Below are positions 9,076 through 19,309 of a stretch of DNA of 64,000 nucleotides, piece by piece. A model generated the notes under the pieces. That model saw nothing but the letters and a program-made list of their open reading frames with translations. It was not told the DNA's origin and searched no databases. Made by a program: the position numbers and the translations under genes. Each line of letters begins with the position of its first letter. Within the stretch, counting starts at the first letter, position 1. Where the stretch lies: assembly GCA_049322915.1 (NCBI GenBank), contig JBMOPW010000016.1:231971-295970 (forward strand), read 5' to 3'. The DNA comes from Candidatus Zhuqueibacterota bacterium (GTDB taxonomy: Bacteria > Zhuqueibacterota > Zhuqueibacteria > Thermofontimicrobiales > Thermofontimicrobiaceae).

Positions 9076-10728
9076 CTACCTCAGGAACATCATTTTGCGA
9101 TTGAATACCTGGTCTCCGGCAATCAGTCGGTACACGTACATGCCGGAGCTGACGAGTTGGCCGGCATGGTTACGGCCATCCCACTGAGCGATGTGCGTCC
9201 CGGCAGTTCGCGCGCCGCTGACCAGCGTTTGAATTTCTTCTCCCAGCAGATTGAATATTTTCAATTCAACATGCGATTGAGCCGGCACACTGAATTCGAT
9301 GGTCGTGGTCGGATTGAACGGATTGGGATAGTTCTGGGCTAACGAATATCCCGGGACAACAGAAGGCTCATCCGTTGCAACCTGATTGGAGCCTGGGTAT
9401 GTGACCAGCCCTTTGATGCAGAAATTGGCAGTGCCGTTGGGCCAGGGATAGAGATTGGAATCGTACAAATCCTGCCAGGCATCGCCGCTCCTGTAATAGC
9501 TTTCCCCTGGATGGGCAATGGATTCAACGACTGTGGCTTTGAGGCTGGAGCCCAGCAGCACCGGGATTTCCGACGTGCGGTCGAAAGGCTGTCCGCCGTG
9601 CGAAAGATTGAGGTAGATGAAAAAGTCATCGCCGTACGAGAGATTGACCGGCGAAGGCAGATCGATGGTGTGAAATCCGGTGTACTTGATGACGCCGCTG
9701 ACTGAGGCTAACTCATCGTGCAATTGGCCATTTTCGAACCGATCGAAAATTTTGACGGTATATCCCACTTCATCAGCTGCGGTGTAAAAACTGACCGCCT
9801 TCAGAAGTTCCTCGCCTCCGGCGACGAACGCGTTGAAAGCTTCAGTGCAGCCGGCCATTGTATCGCGCCAGCCGTGATAGTCGTGATAATAAATGTAATC
9901 ATAAGCCAATGGCTCGACGTTCTGGAAGGAGACAGCCCCCATCTCCGGATGCTTGCAACTGTGCTTGTCTTCGTAGGCAATCCAGAAATAACCGTTCAAT
10001 CCCCAGGAACTGTGCCAACTGTTTTTGCAAAGCCATGCCCCGGGATTCGGCGCCTGCGTTAATTTGGCGTCGTTCCAACCGACGATGGCGATCGCATGAT
10101 TGGGATCATTGGCATCGGTTGCAGGCTGGTAATGGGTATAAGTCCCTGTTTTGATGAAGTTGTTCGTGTAAAACATGCAGGTTCCCATAACGCCATCGGA
10201 CATGATTGTATTTTTGATGACCTTGACGTAATCAACCCCGGTCGACGGGCCGTACCACTCAATATCCCGCGCGTAATAAATGTGATAGGTTGAATCGTAT
10301 CGCGCCGGTGGATATTCGTAGGACTGGCCATCTTGCTCGCGGACAGCGCCCTCGCCCCGCGCCAGATAGGCGGAGGTGACCCGATAGTCGCCGCCGAGGT
10401 GCACTTCCAGTCCTCCGGTCTCCGGCGCAATGTCGTCGTTATTGAATTGATTGAATCCGTTCCACCAATCCAGATGGTACTCGGCCAGATCCGGTTCGCC
10501 TGATTCGCCGACGATCATCCACACTTTGGTTATGAGCAGATTGCCCTCCATGGCGGCCATGGCGCCATGAGTCCAGCAGGTTCCGCCGGTTTGACTTTTC
10601 ACGGAGGTCACGTAGTTTTTTCCATTGGCACTGCGCAAATCGTAGGTAGCAGGTGGATCATCCGCGCGCAGCGCCGGGGCGAATGAAATTAACATGAAAA
10701 ATAGGGTGTAAATCAATGTTCGTTTCAT
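9076..10728 (-). CDS. Secreted C1A (papain-like) cysteine peptidase with lectin-like domain and FlgD-Ig/T9SS-type tail
   Basis: YDLR; QTGGTCW (Cys), NHAIAIVGW (His), KNSW (Asn); GYFWIAY; tail QNYPNPFN...RKMMFLR. Confidence 0.88.
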   Translation of the reverse strand: MKRTLIYTLFFMLISFAPALRADDPPATYDLRSANGKNYVTSVKSQTGGTCWTHGAMAAMEGNLLITKVWMIVGESGEPDLAEYHLDWWNGFNQFNNDDIAPETGGLEVHLGGDYRVTSAYLARGEGAVREQDGQSYEYPPARYDSTYHIYYARDIEWYGPSTGVDYVKVIKNTIMSDGVMGTCMFYTNNFIKTGTYTHYQPATDANDPNHAIAIVGWNDAKLTQAPNPGAWLCKNSWHSSWGLNGYFWIAYEDKHSCKHPEMGAVSFQNVEPLAYDYIYYHDYHGWRDTMAGCTEAFNAFVAGGEELLKAVSFYTAADEVGYTVKIFDRFENGQLHDELASVSGVIKYTGFHTIDLPSPVNLSYGDDFFIYLNLSHGGQPFDRTSEIPVLLGSSLKATVVESIAHPGESYYRSGDAWQDLYDSNLYPWPNGTANFCIKGLVTYPGSNQVATDEPSVVPGYSLAQNYPNPFNPTTTIEFSVPAQSHVELKIFNLLGEEIQTLVSGARTAGTHIAQWDGRNHAGQLVSSGMYVYRLIAGDQVFNRKMMFLR

Positions 10729-10811
10729 AACTGATTCCTTTTCAGAATGCCGGAAAGACAACAGTATCGCCCTTCGAAATGTCCGTCATTTCCGTCGTGT
10801 CGATGAATTCC

Positions 10812-10949
10812 TAATATGAATAACCCGTTGACAGCATGTGCAATAAATTCGATACTTTTTTATATCTGCAGTGGACGGTCGCGACCGTCCACTGCGCGTA
10901 TATCCAATAATAATAGGGACGCCAAAATTTTAACTGGTTATTCATATTA
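10812..10949 (+). mobile_element. MITE-like element, copy B
   Basis: Perfect 14-bp terminal inverted repeat TAATATGAATAACC / GGTTATTCATATTA and a perfect 28-bp palindrome GCAGTGGACGGTCGCGACCGTCCACTGC (10868-10895). Confidence 0.8.
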
Positions 10950-11113
10950 CGATAAGACTACAGAGCCGAAGGATTTTGGACGCCTCTGCCGCCGGACACT
11001 TTCAGGTAGAAGAGGCGCCGTTTCTGTCTTTCCGATGACATACAGGTGAAATCGTAACAGGTCGATGGATCGGCTTTAATTTTGGGACAACGCCGGTCTG
11101 CCAGCACATCGCC

Positions 11114-13264
11114 CTAATTTTTAATTCCTGACAAATGAAACATAAACGCGTATTCCAACGCCGTTTCCTTGTAGCGTTCAAATCGGCCGGACTTGCCGCC
11201 ATGTCCTGCTTTCATATCGGTTTTCAGCAGCAGAATATTCTGATCTGTCTTCATAGTCCGCAATTTGGCGACCCATTTGGCCGGTTCCCAGTACTGCACC
11301 TGGGAATCGTGGAGCCCGGTCGTCACGAGCATGGCCGGGTACGGCTTTGCTTCAACATTGTCATACGGCGAATAGGAAAGCATGTAATCATAATATTCTT
11401 TGACATTGGGATTGCCCCATTCATCGTATTCACTGGTGGTGAGTGGGATGCTTTCGTCCAGCATGGTGGTGATTACATCCACCCAGGGCACCTGGGCAAT
11501 GACTCCCTTGAATAAATCCGGCCGCATATTCACCACAGCGCCCATTAATAAACCGCCGGCGCTGCCGCCCATGGCGAACAGGTTTTCCTGGTTGGTGTAT
11601 TTTTCAGCAATCAGAAATTCAGCGCAGTTGATGAAATCAGTGAATGTATTTTTCTTCTTCAATAACTTCCCGTTTTCGTACCAGTCCCGGCCCATTTCCT
11701 GACCGCCGCGAATATGGGCGATGGCATACACAAACCCTCTGTCCAGAAGACTCAGTCGCACGGAGCTGAACGTGGCGTCCATGCTGGCGCCGTACGAGCC
11801 ATAGCCGTACAGCAGCAGGGGATTCGCGCCGTTGGTCACCAATCCTTTTTTATATACCAGCGAGATGGGTATTTTTGTTCCATCTGTCGCCGGGGCGTAC
11901 AGACGTTTTGATTCATAATTTTTTGGATCGTATCCGCCGAGCACTTCCTGCTGTTTGAGCAGGGTCTGTTCGCGGGTTTGCATATTGTAATCGTAGGTGG
12001 AATTTGGGGTCGTCAGGGACGTGTAGCTGTATCGCAGCAGATTGGTATCGAATTCCAGATTTGTCGTCGGATACGCCAGATAGGCCTCGTCTGGAAATTC
12101 CAGAGAATAGGAATTGCCGCTTTTGTGCTCGGTGACTTTTATCTGCTGCAGCCCATTTTGCCGCTCACTCACCACCAGATAATCCTTGAAAATATCGATT
12201 CCCTCCAGCAGCACATCGGTGCGATGGGGGATGACTTCTTTCCAGTTTTCTTTGGACGTCCGGGCGACATCGGTTTGCATCAATCTGAAATTTTTCGCCT
12301 GCCAGTTGGTGACAATGTAGAATGAATTCCCGAAATGGTCTACACTATATTCATGGTCTTTTTCGCGCTTCTGAACAATCTTAAATTCACCGTCCGGCGA
12401 ATCTGCTTTCAGGAATCGATACTCCGTGGAAAGCGTGCTGCCGGAGACAATGAACAGGAATTCTCTGGATTTGGATTTGTAAACATAGGTTCCGAACGTA
12501 TTATCCGTCTCGTGGAAAATGAGCCGGTCCGTTTCCGAACTGGTTCCCAGCACATGCTTCATGATTTTTTCCGGCCGCAGCGTGCTGTCTTTGGTCACGT
12601 AGAAGACCGTCTTATTGTCGTTGGCCCAGGTGGCGCCGCCGGTCGTGTTGGGAATCTGATCCGGCAGGATTTCGCCGGTGCCCAGATTTTTGAAATAAAT
12701 TGTGTATTTTCTCCGGCTGACAGTATCCACGCCGAACGCCAGAAATAGATTATCCTCGCTCACTTCCAGTCCCTGAACCTGATAGAATGCATGGCCCGTT
12801 GCCATTTCATTGACATTGAGCAGTATTTCTTCCGGCGCATCCAGCTTGCCTTTTTTCCGGCAATGGATGGGGTATTCTTTTCCCTCTTCGAAACGGGAGT
12901 AATAGAAATATCCATTGCTCATGTACGGCACGGACATGTCGGTTTGTTTGATGCGGCCGACGATTTCATTGAACAACTTCTGCTGCAGCTTTTCTGTGTG
13001 CGCCATCATCGATTCGAGGTAAGTATTTTCAGCGGTCAAATACTCGATCACTTTGGGATTTTCGCGTTCCCTGAGCCAGAAGTAGTTGTCGATTCGGGTA
13101 TCGTTGTGAATGGTCAATTCCTTCGCAATCTGCTCGGCAACGGGCGGAGTGACCGTTGCGGTTTTTTGTGTGATATCTGCACACCCTGTCCAGAGCCCCA
13201 CAAATAGAAAAGCGCTCAACACCAGGACAGTGAAACGAATGGAAAATTTGTCGAATGACTTCAT
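11114..13264 (-). CDS. ptrB: Oligopeptidase B (S9A), probable lipoprotein
   Basis: DNYFWLR, YGYGSYG, GGSAGG (Ser), HDSQV (Asp), AGHGG (His); lipobox-like WTGC. Confidence 0.92.
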   Translation of the reverse strand: MKSFDKFSIRFTVLVLSAFLFVGLWTGCADITQKTATVTPPVAEQIAKELTIHNDTRIDNYFWLRERENPKVIEYLTAENTYLESMMAHTEKLQQKLFNEIVGRIKQTDMSVPYMSNGYFYYSRFEEGKEYPIHCRKKGKLDAPEEILLNVNEMATGHAFYQVQGLEVSEDNLFLAFGVDTVSRRKYTIYFKNLGTGEILPDQIPNTTGGATWANDNKTVFYVTKDSTLRPEKIMKHVLGTSSETDRLIFHETDNTFGTYVYKSKSREFLFIVSGSTLSTEYRFLKADSPDGEFKIVQKREKDHEYSVDHFGNSFYIVTNWQAKNFRLMQTDVARTSKENWKEVIPHRTDVLLEGIDIFKDYLVVSERQNGLQQIKVTEHKSGNSYSLEFPDEAYLAYPTTNLEFDTNLLRYSYTSLTTPNSTYDYNMQTREQTLLKQQEVLGGYDPKNYESKRLYAPATDGTKIPISLVYKKGLVTNGANPLLLYGYGSYGASMDATFSSVRLSLLDRGFVYAIAHIRGGQEMGRDWYENGKLLKKKNTFTDFINCAEFLIAEKYTNQENLFAMGGSAGGLLMGAVVNMRPDLFKGVIAQVPWVDVITTMLDESIPLTTSEYDEWGNPNVKEYYDYMLSYSPYDNVEAKPYPAMLVTTGLHDSQVQYWEPAKWVAKLRTMKTDQNILLLKTDMKAGHGGKSGRFERYKETALEYAFMFHLSGIKN

Positions 13265-13337
13265 GAACCCTCCAAATTAAATGATGTGTTCGCGGAATAG
13301 CAAGGTGCTTTCCGTTTTGAAGATGAATTATAGGCGG

Positions 13338-14906
13338 CTACTCGCGCCGGCCAACGATATAGTTCTTTGCCAGATCATTGAATCGTCGAATTTGTTCTTT
13401 TTTCCAGGCTCCTTTTTTGTTCAATTCGCGGGCTAAAAGTTCAGCGACTGTCGGGGCCATTTCCAGGCAGGCCCGCGCATTGAGAAGCAGGGCACGCGTG
13501 CGTCGTGACAGAAAATCATCAATGGTACGCGCCATTTCATATCGGGCCGCCCAGACCACTTCGCCGGCCAGATAGGGCAGGGAAGGATGCAGCGGCCTGG
13601 AATAGCTGGCCTCATCCCGCAGCAGGTCAAGCAAAGCCGGAGCGTCCGAGCCATAGCTCGCCAGTTCACCAAACTGGTCGGCGTTTTTGTGATAGCCGTG
13701 AATATGAAGATCGTGAGTGACGCAGGAAACTGTATTGAGCTGCGCCAGCACAGCGGCCTGGTCGATGGTGTCCTCGGCCATTTTTCGGTAGGTAGTCCAT
13801 TTGCCGCCGGTGATGGTGACCAGCCCGAATTGAGAGATATGCACCACGTGATCGCGGGAGATGGCCGCGGTATTTTCCGAATCGCCGACAGCCACAAGGG
13901 GTCGGAGGCCGGCAAAGGCGCTCAGCACATCCGCCGGGGTGGGATCCTTGCTCAAATAGCGCGCTGCATGGCGGATGAGAAAATCGATTTCCGAAGGCAG
14001 CGGAACCGGCTCCAGCGGAATTGTCGTGACCTCGGTATCAGTCGTGCCCACGAGCACGCAATTCTGCCAGGGAATGGCGAACAGAACGCGGCCGTCATCC
14101 GTGTGCGGCACCATAATGGCGCTGTCACCGGGCAGGAAACTCCTGTCCAGCACAATGTGCACGCCCTGGCTGGGACGGATCATCGGCCGGGAAGTTGGGT
14201 CTTCCATGACCCGAATTTCATCCGCGTAAACCCCGGTCGCATTGATGACGCAGCGAGCTGCCAACGAATATTTTTTCCCGGTCTCGATGTCCTTTGTCAC
14301 AACGCCATCCACGAAATGGTCTGTCCTGGAAAGCGATTCGGCGCGCATGTAATTGACCAGCGTGGCGCCCTGTTCCGCGGCCGTCCGGGCCATATTCATC
14401 ACGAGCCGGGCGTCATCGAACTGGCCGTCGAAATACATCACGCCGCCGCGCAAGCCATTGGTCTCCACGGTGGGGAGGTGTTGCAAGGTCTGCTCGAATG
14501 ATAAAATTTTCGAATGGCCAAATCCGTGCTTCCCGGCCAGAATGTCGTACAGCTTCAATCCAATGCCGTAAAAGGGGGACTCCCACCAGTCATAATTCGG
14601 AACGATAAACGGAAGGTTATGAACGAGGTGCGGCGCATTCTGTAGCAGCAATCCCCGCTCCTTCAACGCTTCGAGGACGAAGGAGACGTTGCCCTGCTGC
14701 AAATACCGCACACCGCCGTGAATCAGTTTGGTGCTGCGACTCGATGTGCCCTGGCCAAAATCGGCCTGCTCGAGCAAAAGCGTCTGATAGCCGCGCGACG
14801 CTGCATCAATAGCCACGCCCATGCCGGTGGCGCCTCCGCCAATGACGATGAAATCCCATTTCTTCGAAGTCATTTGAATTCGTTCAATCATTTCGTCGCG
14901 GTTCAT
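13338..14906 (-). CDS. glpD: FAD-dependent glycerol-3-phosphate dehydrogenase/oxidase
   Basis: IGGGATG, GTSSRSTKLIHGGVRYL, DGQFDDAR, AGLRPL and GGKWTTYR. ATG 14906 follows GGAGG. Confidence 0.93.
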   Translation of the reverse strand: MNRDEMIERIQMTSKKWDFIVIGGGATGMGVAIDAASRGYQTLLLEQADFGQGTSSRSTKLIHGGVRYLQQGNVSFVLEALKERGLLLQNAPHLVHNLPFIVPNYDWWESPFYGIGLKLYDILAGKHGFGHSKILSFEQTLQHLPTVETNGLRGGVMYFDGQFDDARLVMNMARTAAEQGATLVNYMRAESLSRTDHFVDGVVTKDIETGKKYSLAARCVINATGVYADEIRVMEDPTSRPMIRPSQGVHIVLDRSFLPGDSAIMVPHTDDGRVLFAIPWQNCVLVGTTDTEVTTIPLEPVPLPSEIDFLIRHAARYLSKDPTPADVLSAFAGLRPLVAVGDSENTAAISRDHVVHISQFGLVTITGGKWTTYRKMAEDTIDQAAVLAQLNTVSCVTHDLHIHGYHKNADQFGELASYGSDAPALLDLLRDEASYSRPLHPSLPYLAGEVVWAARYEMARTIDDFLSRRTRALLLNARACLEMAPTVAELLARELNKKGAWKKEQIRRFNDLAKNYIVGRRE

Positions 14907-15039
14907 CTGTACCTCCGTTTCGTCCATTTCGCAATTGGGAAAAGTGATCGGGAATTCGCGGATTCTCCTTCCGATCGCGCGCCAGAGGGTAACCTGGACT
15001 TTTGTCCTTCCCCCAACCGTGTTGCCGGTTTTTCGCTGT

Positions 15040-16020
15040 TCACAGGCGATGAAGCCTGTCGATCCAGCGATTGAGTTTATCCATCATTCGCACCAGGATT
15101 GGATTCCTGTCGCGCGTCAGAAATTCATTGATGATGTTAGCGCATTCCGGCGTCCGCAGGTAGCCGAAATCCTTGTGCGAATTTTTCACGCCATTCATTT
15201 CGTAATTATTGTAGACGACGAGATCGGTGACTTTGATATGCCGGGAATTGGGCTGGAATTCGTCGGCCAGTTCGTAATTGAAAGCGACTTTATCATTGAG
15301 GTCGGACAGATTGTACCAGGAACGCCGGACGTTTTCCGGCGTGGCGAGTTGTCCCGGGCGCCCCTTCCGCTGTTTCAGTTCGGTGATCGTCTTGTTGACA
15401 ATGGCCGGTATTCCCAGGGGCGAACCAATGGTGACGAGGGTGTCGATTGTAACATCCGGCGCAGTTTGCGTCAATACATCATAGGATAAAATGGAACCCA
15501 TGGAATGACCGATGAGAAGTATTTCCTTGTTCTTGTGCTTTCGCAACACCGAAGCCAGGTGCTCCCGGAGCACGTGTTTCACCGGCCGCGTCTCCCTGTT
15601 TTTATCCTGACACGTTCCGGAATAATACTGATCCAGGTCTGTAAAAAAATGTTTGATGATATAGTCTGAAATGCCTGAAAAATTGATGGATAAATCCTCG
15701 TTCAAAAATACTTTCTCCAATTCCTTTTCAAGGTAGTTCAGAATTTTTCTTTTCAGGTCGCTCGGTTTTTTCATCACGGTGTCTCTGGCCGGCTGATAGG
15801 GCTCTTTCAAATACAGAGGGTGCTCTTTGTCTTTGATCGAAACATCGAGCGGCTGGTCGTGGAGAAAATCCGCCCAGTACACAAATTCGAATGTGAAAAA
15901 TTGAATCGGGTAGCCGATCGATTTCAATCCCTCGCGGATCGATTTTTCCCACCATTTTTTCATGATGCGTTGCGGTGGCTTTTTCCCGAGTCCATGGATT
16001 CCGATGATGATCTTGGCCAT
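15040..16020 (-). CDS. Alpha/beta-fold hydrolase (lipase/esterase-like)
   Basis: IHGLG oxyanion region, GHSMG nucleophile elbow, TIGSPLG, and C-terminal Asp/His candidates (DKVA, NSH). Confidence 0.75.
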   Translation of the reverse strand: MAKIIIGIHGLGKKPPQRIMKKWWEKSIREGLKSIGYPIQFFTFEFVYWADFLHDQPLDVSIKDKEHPLYLKEPYQPARDTVMKKPSDLKRKILNYLEKELEKVFLNEDLSINFSGISDYIIKHFFTDLDQYYSGTCQDKNRETRPVKHVLREHLASVLRKHKNKEILLIGHSMGSILSYDVLTQTAPDVTIDTLVTIGSPLGIPAIVNKTITELKQRKGRPGQLATPENVRRSWYNLSDLNDKVAFNYELADEFQPNSRHIKVTDLVVYNNYEMNGVKNSHKDFGYLRTPECANIINEFLTRDRNPILVRMMDKLNRWIDRLHRL

Positions 16021-16063
16021 TCGCGTTCATTTCCTCCGCGTTAGTGTCAGTAAAATGTCGGGC

Positions 16064-16825
16064 TTACTGAGTGCAACAATTGAATTTCAACCAACCTGCG
16101 CGATCTGATGTGATTCCATCCAGGTTCAATGCGACGAACCGCTGCGCGTCGGTCACATTGTTTACAGTCCATACGTAAATTTTCAGACCGGCGTTTCGAG
16201 CTTTTTTCACAAAATTTTCATCCACTGCATCGCAGGCGAACAGGTCGACCCCATCCACACCGGCGCTCAGCGCCGAAGAAATGATATGTTCCGGATCCGG
16301 CCGCCAGCAATGGGTGACGATGTCTTTTTGGAGATGAAAGAGAAAACAAATCTCGTATTCAGGGACTAATTTTTTCGCCTGCGTCATGAGCGACAGGTCA
16401 AAGCCGATCAGTGTCACCTGATCCGGCCGAAGCGCGGATGCGCGGAGCACGGCTTTCAGAATTGGCAGCACAGATTCCCGGCATTTGATTTCGATGAATA
16501 TTCGTTTGTCCCCGGGAACCGCGGCCAGCACTTCATCGAGCGCGGGGATTCTCTGATTCGCCCATTGGCTGCCCTTCCATGCGCCGGCATCCAGATTCCG
16601 GAGTTCAGCGAGCGTCAAATCCCTGACGTTGTGATTTGCGCCAGTCGTTCTGCCTGTTGTGTCATCGTGAATGACAACAATCTTATTGTCTTTTGAAAGA
16701 TGAATATCCACCTCCACGGCGTCGGCATGTTGCTCCCAGGCAAGGTGAATCGCTGCCAGCGTATTTTCAGGCGCATCGTACGAAGCGCCGCGATGGGCAA
16801 TGAAGGATGGGTGAGATGGCTGCAT
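16064..16825 (-). CDS. Glycerophosphodiester phosphodiesterase (UgpQ/GlpQ family)
   Basis: IAHRGAS, PENT, EVDIH, IHD, IEIK, WTVN and DGITSD. Confidence 0.92.
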   Translation of the reverse strand: MQPSHPSFIAHRGASYDAPENTLAAIHLAWEQHADAVEVDIHLSKDNKIVVIHDDTTGRTTGANHNVRDLTLAELRNLDAGAWKGSQWANQRIPALDEVLAAVPGDKRIFIEIKCRESVLPILKAVLRASALRPDQVTLIGFDLSLMTQAKKLVPEYEICFLFHLQKDIVTHCWRPDPEHIISSALSAGVDGVDLFACDAVDENFVKKARNAGLKIYVWTVNNVTDAQRFVALNLDGITSDRAGWLKFNCCTQ

Positions 16826-16908
16826 GTCGTTTCCTTTCGCCGGATAGCGGTGAATTCGTTTCCCGGAGAGGCGCGGGAGTTGAATTCCCGTAACGCGGTG
16901 GTTGAGTT

Positions 16909-16937
16909 ATAATATAACTAATTCAGCAAGAAATCAA
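16909..16937 (-). promoter_or_regulatory. Putative sigma70 promoter for the GDPD-hydrolase-glpD unit
   Basis: Minus strand TTGATT-17 nt-TATTAT. Confidence 0.45.
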
Positions 16938-16958
16938 GTGAAAAAAATGGCATTGACT

Positions 16959-16992
16959 AAAAAGTAGGTCAAAGCGGTGACTTGACCTACTT
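16959..16992 (-). terminator. Intrinsic terminator after GxGYxYP paralogue 2
   Basis: Stem AAGTAGGTCAA/TTGACCTACTT followed by a T run on the minus strand. Confidence 0.65.
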
Positions 16993-17071
16993 GTACGGAG
17001 TCCTCCGGAGCGCCAGTTCTGATCAGCTCAGGATGGTACTTTTTGGGAAGTGACGCTGTAACAAGACCAGG

Positions 17072-19153
17072 TCATTGCATCTCCTGGTTCAGGAACCGCT
17101 CTTTGAATGTCGGTTTGGCGCCGGCCATTTTGATGAAAATATCAAGCGGCACTACCTCAAATTCCGGGCCCAGATTGTCCAGAATGGCTTTCACGCGGGT
17201 AATATCGCTCCACTGGCGGACGTGCATCAGCAGAAAATAGGGCCGTTGGGAATTGATCGTTGCCAGTTCCTGCAAATCAGCCGCAGCGTCGGCTTCGGTG
17301 CGGGTCGGCGAAAGATAGTAATCGAACGACAGAAACGGCCGGCCGTCGCGGCTGGTGAAGGTGAAGGATGGGGAATAGCCGTTGGCAAATCCAATGGCGC
17401 CGGGCATCCGTTCATAGTACACATCCACAACGTCCCGGGGCAACTCGGTATTGCCCTCCACCGTGGCGCCTTGGGAATAGTCCATGATTTCGAAGACGTT
17501 CAGGTCGAGCTTCTTCATCAGATCATAGGCGATGTCAATGATCGCGGGCAGCGTCTCTTTTGGGATGGCTTTGGGATACATGTAACCCGGCCCTGAGAGC
17601 GAGCCGATGAAAAAGTCATTTGGCGTGGCCTGGGTGTAGAAATATTCCATCATGGCCGGAGCCAGCCACGACCAGTTCATGGTCACTTCCCAGGCATAGG
17701 GTAGTTGGCCGCGGCCCGGTCGCGTCCATGCGCCAAGTCCGAGACAGTCGGTCTGGATGCACGAAATGTACACTTTCTTTTTGGGCGAATAGGTTTTTCC
17801 CGGCACGATGTTGTGATTATTTTTGAATGTGAATCCCGGCGACGCCGGCACCTGGCTGCTGAAGCTCATGTTCGGCAACGTGTGCAAGCCTTCCACGCGC
17901 AGGGAATAGCTTGAAGTGAGCGTCACGTGGTCGCGCTCTTTGTCTTTTTTATAGGAATGCCAGCCGAATACGTAGGACAGTGGTTTCATTTCCGACAGCA
18001 GTTTATTGGCCAGCGCATACTCTTCGGTATCCGTGACTTTGGTGGAGAGATCATTGAAAAAGGCGCGCTTGAAAATGCCCCAGTCGGCGACGCCCGGTTT
18101 CATGATGGCGCCGTGCTCGCCGCCCATCCACACGATGTATTCTTTACTGCACCGATTCCAGTACTGCTCGTACGCCCAGGCGTAGATTTGCGCATCGCTC
18201 TGTCCGGTGAATTTGCCCCGGAAGTCTTCGACTTTTTTCAAACCGAATTTCTCGACCAGTGGAATCATCTCTTCGCTGACCACAATAGCTTGCTCCAGCC
18301 CTGCCACCGTGAACGAGACGATGAGTGAGGTGCGCACATCCTTGTCCCAGACCACGTAGCCGTGAACGTTTTCCTTGAATCGTTGCAGCGCCTGTTCGGC
18401 CGTGGCCAGTTTGTTGAATGTGTAGTGTCGCTCGTTTTTCAAAAACTCGAGGACATTGGGCGTGAACCGAAAGTCCCACGTCGACGGATAGACAAAGTAC
18501 AAATTCGGCCCGGTGGCGTTGGCCAGTCCCTGAAGGCTTATCAGAAAAGCCTGCGTCGGCAGCTTGCCGCTGATTTCCCAGTTGTCTTCCAGTTCCATGT
18601 ACCAGGCGTTTTTAATGCCTTCCTTTTTCAGGACGTACCTGACCTTCGGACCGGTCTTGCGCGAGGCGCGATTAACATCGTAGGTGATGATTTCCTTATC
18701 CGCAGACAGGGTGTAGTGATGGGTGACAGTTTCCGGGAATCGTCCCTGGGAACTGATGAGGTTGAATTGCTCCACCAGTTTTAATACCGCGCCGGGTTTC
18801 TCCCAGGTCGCTTTGATCTGCCGCTGCTCGCCCACCGGCATGGACAATCCCATGAAAACATTGGTTGCCACAACGCGGTCGTGGATTTCGAATGCATGAA
18901 AATTGCTATCGATGTTCAGGTTGATGGAATCCCGGAAGCTGCGGCCAACGCCCCACTGATGAATGAGCGTGAGCTGGTCTCCGCTGATGTGAAACTCTAC
19001 CGAGAGCGCGCCGTACAGGTCAATTTCCGTGCTTTTTTCGTTGATCATCTTCCATGTGCCATCAAAGTCATTCGATTCTGCTTCGGATATTAATGAAAAA
19101 AATAAAAAGAAAATACATGTGAAATAGGCGACGCTTTTCATTCTTTTTAACAT
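17072..19153 (-). CDS. Secreted GxGYxYP-family putative glycoside hydrolase, paralogue 2
   Basis: Colinear with 6445-8517 and shares long identical blocks (EDFRGKFTGQSDAQIY, SGPGYMYPKA, EIMDYS); signal peptide. Confidence 0.8.
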   Translation of the reverse strand: MLKRMKSVAYFTCIFFLFFSLISEAESNDFDGTWKMINEKSTEIDLYGALSVEFHISGDQLTLIHQWGVGRSFRDSINLNIDSNFHAFEIHDRVVATNVFMGLSMPVGEQRQIKATWEKPGAVLKLVEQFNLISSQGRFPETVTHHYTLSADKEIITYDVNRASRKTGPKVRYVLKKEGIKNAWYMELEDNWEISGKLPTQAFLISLQGLANATGPNLYFVYPSTWDFRFTPNVLEFLKNERHYTFNKLATAEQALQRFKENVHGYVVWDKDVRTSLIVSFTVAGLEQAIVVSEEMIPLVEKFGLKKVEDFRGKFTGQSDAQIYAWAYEQYWNRCSKEYIVWMGGEHGAIMKPGVADWGIFKRAFFNDLSTKVTDTEEYALANKLLSEMKPLSYVFGWHSYKKDKERDHVTLTSSYSLRVEGLHTLPNMSFSSQVPASPGFTFKNNHNIVPGKTYSPKKKVYISCIQTDCLGLGAWTRPGRGQLPYAWEVTMNWSWLAPAMMEYFYTQATPNDFFIGSLSGPGYMYPKAIPKETLPAIIDIAYDLMKKLDLNVFEIMDYSQGATVEGNTELPRDVVDVYYERMPGAIGFANGYSPSFTFTSRDGRPFLSFDYYLSPTRTEADAAADLQELATINSQRPYFLLMHVRQWSDITRVKAILDNLGPEFEVVPLDIFIKMAGAKPTFKERFLNQEMQ

Positions 19154-19309
19154 AACAATCTCCTCGCTTTAATGATAAAATGATTGTATCTACTCAGGTT
19201 GGCTGGTTCAGAGTTCAGGGTTTAAGGTTATAATCATGTAGATTTCGTAAATGAATGTTCGTAACTGTTCAGCCACAAAATCTCAAAGGCACGAAGAAAA
19301 AAATACATC

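Noticed and set aside
8728..11049. Similar short ORFs 8728-8910(-) and 10816-11049(+)
   Set aside because: Their similarity is explained by the repeated MITE; there is no RBS or sign of protein-level conservation.
16964..16990. GTAG...CTAC hairpin considered as a REP
   Set aside because: Single copy in the window and followed by a U tract after a gene, so a terminator is the simpler explanation.
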